From: an archaeon
GTDB taxonomy: Archaea > Iainarchaeota > Iainarchaeia > Iainarchaeales > CSSED10-239
DNA: 5,237 nucleotides
Assembly: GCA_035357435.1 (NCBI GenBank)
Contig: DAOPNM010000030.1
Span: 1-5,237 of the forward strand
Reading direction: 5' to 3'
Below the pieces are notes generated by a model. That model was not told the DNA's origin. It saw only the letters and a program-made list of their open reading frames with translations, and made no database searches. The number at the start of each line of letters is the position of its first letter. The first letter of the stretch is position 1. The translations under genes and the position numbers were made by a program. Below are positions 4,665 to 5,237 of the stretch, piece by piece.

Positions 4665-5237
4665 ATTTCCCTTTTTCTGTTTTTGTTTGTTTGTATATTA
4701 ATTGAAGTGGATGTTTTACCCCGCATTCTTGTACGCAGATTCCATTACTTTTAAGTGTATCACAATTTGGTATGTTATAGTTTTTTTCAATAAGTTTTTT
4801 TATTTGATAACTAGATATTTTTTCATCAAAGTTTGGTAAGTTCCTATAAAGGTTAATTATTTCTTCATAACTATATTTCATTCTTACTAAAAATATTCCT
4901 AATGTGTAGTTTTCTAGATGGTTCAATTTTTTACCACTAATTAAATCGTTATATAGTTTTAGAAAGCAAGGTGGAAATTTATCAATTTCTTGTTTATTAA
5001 TTATTTTTATGTCAAACGTGTTTTCTTTTATGATTTTACTTTTTATATAATTGCTTGCTTCAATAAATATTTTTGGAATTTGTTTTGTGTCTATAGTTAT
5101 TGGTGTTAATATTTTTTTTTTTAAAATTGCACTTGCAAGATTTATAATTTCTTTTTTTGATTGGAAATAGATTTTACCATTTTCTAAGTTTGTATATTGT
5201 AGTTTGTAGTCTTCTCCTAGTTCATATTTTAAATAAT
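4645..5237 (-). CDS. priL: DNA primase large subunit PriL, C-terminal 4Fe-4S domain; the 5' end runs off the right window edge
   Basis: The track lists only 4645-4926, starting at a TTG. Hand translation shows the same frame open with no stop from 4927 to 5237: ...YLKYELGEDYKLQYTNLENGKIYFQSKKEIINLASAILKKKILTPITIDTKQIPKIFIEASNYIKSKIIKENTFDIKIINKQEIDKFPPCFLKLYNDLISGKKLNHLENYTLGIFLVRMKYSYEEIINLYRNLPNFDEKISSYQIKKLIEKNYNIPNCDTLKSNGICVQECGVKHPLQLIY. This matches the PriL-CTD pattern (PPC...l......g..L.H..RF.l..FL...G.s.eei...f...pdfde....YQi.hi.....Y..p.C.t....g.C...C...PL.yY). It contains four Cys candidates for Fe-S ligation; the first Cys codon is at 4966-4968. Stop is TGA at 4645-4647. Confidence 0.85.
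   Translation of the reverse strand, partial: YLKYELGEDYKLQYTNLENGKIYFQSKKEIINLASAILKKKILTPITIDTKQIPKIFIEASNYIKSKIIKENTFDIKIINKQEIDKFPPCFLKLYNDLISGKKLNHLENYTLGIFLVRMKYSYEEIINLYRNLPNFDEKISSYQIKKLIEKNYNIPNCDTLKSNGICVQECGVKHPLQLIYKQTKTEKGKYENNKN

Noticed and set aside
4645-4926. The track's 93-aa ORF read as a complete small protein starting at 4926
   Set aside because: The codon at 4926-4924 is TTG, and the frame remains open upstream to the window edge (5237). The upstream translation contains the FPPC motif and the rest of the PriL C-terminal domain, so the 93 aa are only the tail of a larger, window-truncated gene.
1-5237. Mobile elements, CRISPR arrays or defence-island features
   Set aside because: There are no transposase or integrase motifs, no terminal inverted repeats and no regularly spaced direct repeats. 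The only repeat is the in-frame 24-bp duplication. Gene content is core housekeeping, not accessory.

Overview
This window is strongly AT-rich archaeal DNA, tightly packed with information-processing genes. It looks like a reduced genome, possibly DPANN-like, but that placement is inference only. I support eight protein genes. On the minus strand: a CDC48/VAT-type AAA+ ATPase (1-1013, partial), a half-length NFACT/Rqc2-family protein (1068-1868), an Lrp/AsnC-like regulator (1871-2413), Pelota (3642-4664) and the C-terminal Fe-S domain of primase large subunit PriL (4645-5237, partial). On the plus strand: an orphan 4-TM membrane protein (2572-3015), RNA polymerase subunit K/Rpo6 (3163-3363) and ribosomal protein eS17 (3364-3630). 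The two edge genes (CDC48, PriL) are missing or truncated in the supplied ORF track because they run off the window; I recovered them by hand translation. Five plus-strand track ORFs are antisense shadows. I see no rRNA, tRNA, CRISPR array or mobile element. The most interesting signal is that three factors matching successive steps of eukaryote-type ribosome-associated quality control lie within about 4.7 kb: Pelota, an NFACT/Rqc2 homolog and CDC48. The NFACT protein is an unusual stand-alone C-terminal half. It is translationally coupled to a ligand-sensor-type wHTH protein and sits directly upstream of CDC48. All family calls come from motif recognition by eye; no database or HMM search was possible.
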